From positions 43,028,001 through 43,092,000 of the forward strand of contig OZ024752.1 in NCBI GenBank assembly GCA_964016885.1: DNA of 64,000 bases, in the 5' to 3' direction. The position numbers were made by a program, and so were the translations under genes. This DNA comes from Eledone cirrhosa (taxonomy: Eukaryota). Of this stretch, positions 59,619 through 64,000 are shown piece by piece (within the stretch, counting starts at the first letter, position 1; every line of letters starts with the position of its first letter). The notes beneath the pieces are model-generated. The model saw nothing but the letters and a program-made list of their open reading frames with translations. It did no database searches and was not told the origin of the DNA.

Positions 59619-59666
<48 letters not shown>

Positions 59667-59784
59667 TTTGGGAGGGTCATGTTGCCAATAAGAAACACAC
59701 GTACCAGTTGCTTTCACTTCAATTTATTATAATAAATTTATAAATTTAGGAATTTATAAATTTCCGGTTGGTTGGTTGGTTCCA

Positions 59785-59853
59785 CAACCAGATAGTTGTT
59801 TATATATTTTCAAAGTTATTTCGTCACACATTCTGTGACCTCTTCAGTGACTG
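59785..59853 (-). ncRNA. Type I hammerhead motif (family K)
   Basis: The minus strand reads CAGTCA-CTGAAGA-G-GTCACA GAATG TGTGAC-GAAA-TA...T-ATC^TGGTTG, inside a 59665-59940 insert bounded by (TA)n. Confidence 0.7.
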
Positions 59854-59988
59854 GGGATTCTTTTCTTTGTTTTTGTGCCTCTCCTTTGCTCTGTCCTACG
59901 CCGGAAGATAAAGAATCTTGCTAAACAAATTCAGAAACGAAATATATATATATACATAAACACATATATATACTTATATATATATACT

Positions 59989-60036
<48 letters not shown>

Positions 60037-60108
60037 TATATACATATATATATATATTTCTGTATATATATACATATATATATATACATATATATATATA
60101 TATTTATG

Positions 60109-60184
<76 letters not shown>

Positions 60185-60187
<3 letters not shown>

Positions 60188-60985
60188 TGGCGGACTGGCC
60201 AGATTGTCCGGTTGCCCAATGGCTAGTGGATCCCAAGGTGACCACGGTAGTATTGCAGGAGCCCACAGTAGTATTGCAGGGCCCACTGTAGTATTGCAGG
60301 GCCCACTGTAGTATTTTATGATACAATACTTTGCTTTCGAAAATATCTGAAATCTAAGAAAAAGAATAAAAAAAAATTTTTTTTTGAAAATTTTGAAAGT
60401 AAGTTTATAAGTATGAATTTTCATAAGACTTCTGTAACCTAGTGGTAGGTGCTAGAGCCGGTGGAGATCCTGGTCTTGGGTTCAATCCTGGTCAAGAGGT
60501 ACATGTAATCTTTTTCAGTTTTTATTTTACAACCCATAGAAAAAACTGAAAAAGTTTAACGGGAGCCGTACTTCCGACCAGGATCGAACTTCAGACCAGG
60601 ATCACCACCGGCTATGATTCCTCCGTCTCGGCCACCGAGGCAGCTACAAACGTATAATGAAAATTGATAATTATAAACCTACTTTCAAAATCAATGTTAG
60701 AAAGATGTGGTGTCGTTCATGGCATTCCTAGTGCTATTAGTAATATTTAGGGTCGACTTCTGGTCATTATTGAAAGTCTCTGGATTTCGCAAAATACATA
60801 ATATTTTTTAATAGAGACGGTAAGATATTTTCCCGTAAAGATTTGATTGCACTGTTTTGTTTCCACTTATGTATTTTTCGAAAATGTTATTTATTTCTTA
60901 TAAAAATTAAATTATAGAATTCTATATGTAGGTGGGCCCCATTCATCTCCTGGCAACCTCTATTTTTAGACCCAGTCCGCCACTG
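60185..60985. mobile_element. Non-autonomous DNA transposon with 14-bp TIRs (hAT-like)
   Basis: CAGTGGCGGACTGG ... CCAGTCCGCCACTG, with subterminal GTAGTATTGCAGG.GCCCAC repeats, inserted in (TA)n. Confidence 0.8.
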
Positions 60986-60987
60986 TA

Positions 60988-61194
<207 letters not shown>

Positions 61195-61318
61195 TAGAAA
61201 ACACACTAGAGAGGGTGTGTGTTTATCAAGTTACAGGGACTAACGCGTGTTTCTGACTCCGTTACTTCATGTATATATATATGTATATATATATATATAT
61301 AATATATATAATTTTGAG

Positions 61319-61351
<33 letters not shown>

Positions 61352-61749
61352 GTAATTTTTATTTACATATGATATATAAATAATATAGACAGACAGACAG
61401 ATAGAAAGAAAGAAGGAAAGGAGGAAAGATAATGACTTATGGATATATATATAAATATATAAATATATATATATAGATAGAGAGAGAGAGAGGGGGGGGG
61501 TAGAAAGAGAGTAGGTAAATGGGTACGTAGTACGTGATACGTAAAAACAGATATAGAGTGTTATTCAGAGTGAATGCGTAATATCTAAATTGTCTGAAGA
61601 AGATGATTATAATGATGATGATGATGATGATGATGGACACGACGACGACGACGAAGAAGAAGAAGAAGAAGAAGAAGAAGAAGAAGAAGAAGAAGAAGAA
61701 GAAGAAGAAGAAGAAGAAGAAGAAGAAGAAGAAGAAGAAGAAGAAGAAG

Positions 61750-61804
<55 letters not shown>

Positions 61805-62160
61805 GCAACAGCAACAACAACAGCAAGAACAACAGAGAAACATTTGTAAACTGCAAATTAGCGAGCTATTGTATAGAGAGGCGTCAGTTAGTAGATGATA
61901 CTACCGTAATTACGTGAAAAGTTTTTACTAAAACCGGCATTACGCTCCGCCATTGAATATGGCCGACTGTTTTAAGACATAAAAATAAAATCTGGCTAAA
62001 TTGTGGAAAGCGAAACTAGAAAATAAAAGAACAATATATGTGTATGTATTTATGAATGTGTGTATATATGTATATGCTATATGTGTATATACTTATAAAT
62101 ATAGTCGTGTGTGTGTGTGTGTGTGTGTGTGCGTTTGTGTGTGCGTGTGTGTGTGTGTAT

Positions 62161-62301
62161 GACTTCTACGTGACTAGAACTGTTTCATACAAAAGAAATC
62201 ATCAGTTTTCCTGATGATTCCTTTTGAATGAAACAGTTCTAGTCCTGTAGAAGTCATTTATATATTAAACTTCATGTTCACACTCTACTAATGTATTGAT
62301 A

Positions 62302-62303
<2 letters not shown>
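62161..62303 (+). mobile_element. Family A fold-back element; hammerhead at 62208-62253
   Basis: TTC-CTGATGA-TTCC TTTT GAAT-GAAACAG-TTCTAGTC-CTGTA^GAAG. Confidence 0.8.
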
Positions 62304-62354
<51 letters not shown>

Positions 62355-62382
62355 ATCAAAAGATGGTTAAAAGAGTTCCATG

Positions 62383-62451
62383 TATTTTATTATGCGCATT
62401 TCAAAAGCAAATATCATCATGCAATAATATTTGTTTTCATCAGATAAAATA
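62383..62451 (-). ncRNA. Type I hammerhead motif (family C), within element 62351-62622
   Basis: The minus strand reads TATTTTAT-CTGATGA-AAACAAATATTATT GC ATGATGATATTTGCTTTT-GAAA-TGCGCA-TA^ATAAAATA. Stem I is a perfect 8 bp and stem III is the palindrome ATGCGCAT. Confidence 0.85.
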
Positions 62452-62621
62452 GGAAGACATGATATGAAGGTTAAAAAACACTTGTGAATAGTGCAGTTTT
62501 AAATCAACATATAACCATCTTTTGATCTTATATATTATATATACTCCAGTCCTACAAACTGTAGAGTGCTTCTTATCCGATATCTGCATTGCTTTATTGT
62601 ACTACAATAAAACTCACCTCC

Positions 62622-62656
<35 letters not shown>

Positions 62657-62696
62657 GATATTAAATAAATGGGAACTATATTTATAAAACCATATT

Positions 62697-62762
62697 TATT
62701 TCACTATATATATTTCAGGGATATCATATTAAAAATATGGTATGCCTTCATCAGACAAAATA
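62697..62762 (-). ncRNA. Type I hammerhead motif (family D), within element 62655-62934
   Basis: The minus strand reads TATTTTGT-CTGATGA-AGGCATACCATATT TTT AATATGATATCCCT-GAAA-TATAT-ATA^GTGAAATA. Confidence 0.75.
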
Positions 62763-62930
62763 CAATATAAAAAGTCTTATAAATAGATAGATTTGACATA
62801 CCTTACAACTTCAACTTCCATTTAAAAAGTTGATATTTAATATCGTAAATATACTCCAAATACTTGTTGAGTGCTTTTATATCAGTTATAAATATTTACT
62901 CGTTGTAACCCAACAATTTAAATAAAACTT

Positions 62931-62964
<34 letters not shown>

Positions 62965-63659
62965 AGAGAATACATGAAAAGAACATGCTTTTTCATTACA
63001 TGTCCTTTACTCCGTTGCTTCATTTGATATATATATATATATATATATAATTCGTTTTGCAAGATAATAGTTGTGGTGTAGTCAGCCACTAGGTGAAACT
63101 TGTATTGCAAGCAACGAAAACTGAAGCATCCGGCTCAAGAACACAACTGACCCCGTCGGAGTAGATATTGAGCCTCCGATATTGATATGCAGATATTGAT
63201 CCCCACACTCAAATCACTACATGACTCAGCTCTTTCGCCCAATTCGGCCATCCTTCTAAAGTGTATGTCTTGTGTGCCTAACAAAGATGACTAGAGAGAT
63301 GTGTCATTGATAATTAACTGAAAAACTTAATTGTTTTCTCTTAAATCACAAACTACTCCCTCGGGAAATTAAACCTTTATCTAATCACTCATTGTAACGT
63401 ATAGCTATCTGAGTACAAAATGGCGTCCAATGGAATCAATTATATATGTGTGTGATGTTAGAAATACAGATTGCTTAGACATTAGATTACTATATATGTC
63501 AAATAGTCAAATGAAACGCATTTGGAAATAAAGTAGCCATCAATAGTTTCAAAAGGCTTTATAGTGCTTTGGGGAAGAGGAATTTGTTTCAACATGGATT
63601 CCAACAGATTGGAGCGTAGATTCGGTGCTGTTTCAACATAGTTTGAACGTTCAAGTCAT

Positions 63660-63803
63660 TGCTGGGGGTTTAACCCTGAGATGGACTGGCGTCCTGTCCA
63701 GGGGGGGTGGGGGGGGGCTTGTACTCTCAGTCGTTTCACGCCATGAAACCGGGATAAGCACCGGCCAGATGAGCCTTCTGGCTTAAGACAGACTTTAGAC
63801 TTT
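63660..63803 (+). mobile_element. SINE 3' portion (same family as 213-838)
   Basis: GCTGGGGGTTTAACCCTG.GATGGACTGGCGTCC..., ending in a (GACTTTA)2 tail. Confidence 0.65.
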
Positions 63804-63875
<72 letters not shown>

Positions 63876-63885
63876 GTGGGTGTGT

Positions 63886-63965
<80 letters not shown>

Positions 63966-64000
63966 TGTGTGTGTAAAAGGTAAACAGAAATAACAACACA

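Overview
Eukaryotic, very AT-rich genomic DNA saturated with microsatellites. The (TA)n/(CA)n/(TATG)n/(GATA)n content and the tRNA-derived SINEs look cephalopod/octopus-like, which is an inference. Almost all ORFs in the track are simple-repeat artefacts. The supported content is: (1) two phase-1 coding exons on + (47054-47299, 58067-58330) of a probable proteoglycan/syndecan-like or mucin-like host gene; (2) truncated LINEs of four clades (Tx1/L1, R4/Dong, CRE, RTE), each abutting a characteristic microsatellite; (3) more than ten tRNA-derived SINE copies, an 801-bp TIR element and several minisatellites. The main signal is (4): about 30 short (~60-500 bp) non-coding inserts, nearly all inside or against (TA)n tracts. 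They fall into roughly a dozen sequence families and carry type I hammerhead ribozyme motifs (CUGANGA-stem II-GAAA-stem III-NUH-stem I), many with palindromic stem III and some with compensatory changes. Most are fold-back inverted duplications that break at or near the ribozyme, and six families share a downstream (A/G)CTC...GAG(T/C) hairpin. These read as Penelope-like pLTR or retrozyme remnants. No autonomous Penelope ORF is present in the window. All folds were done by eye.
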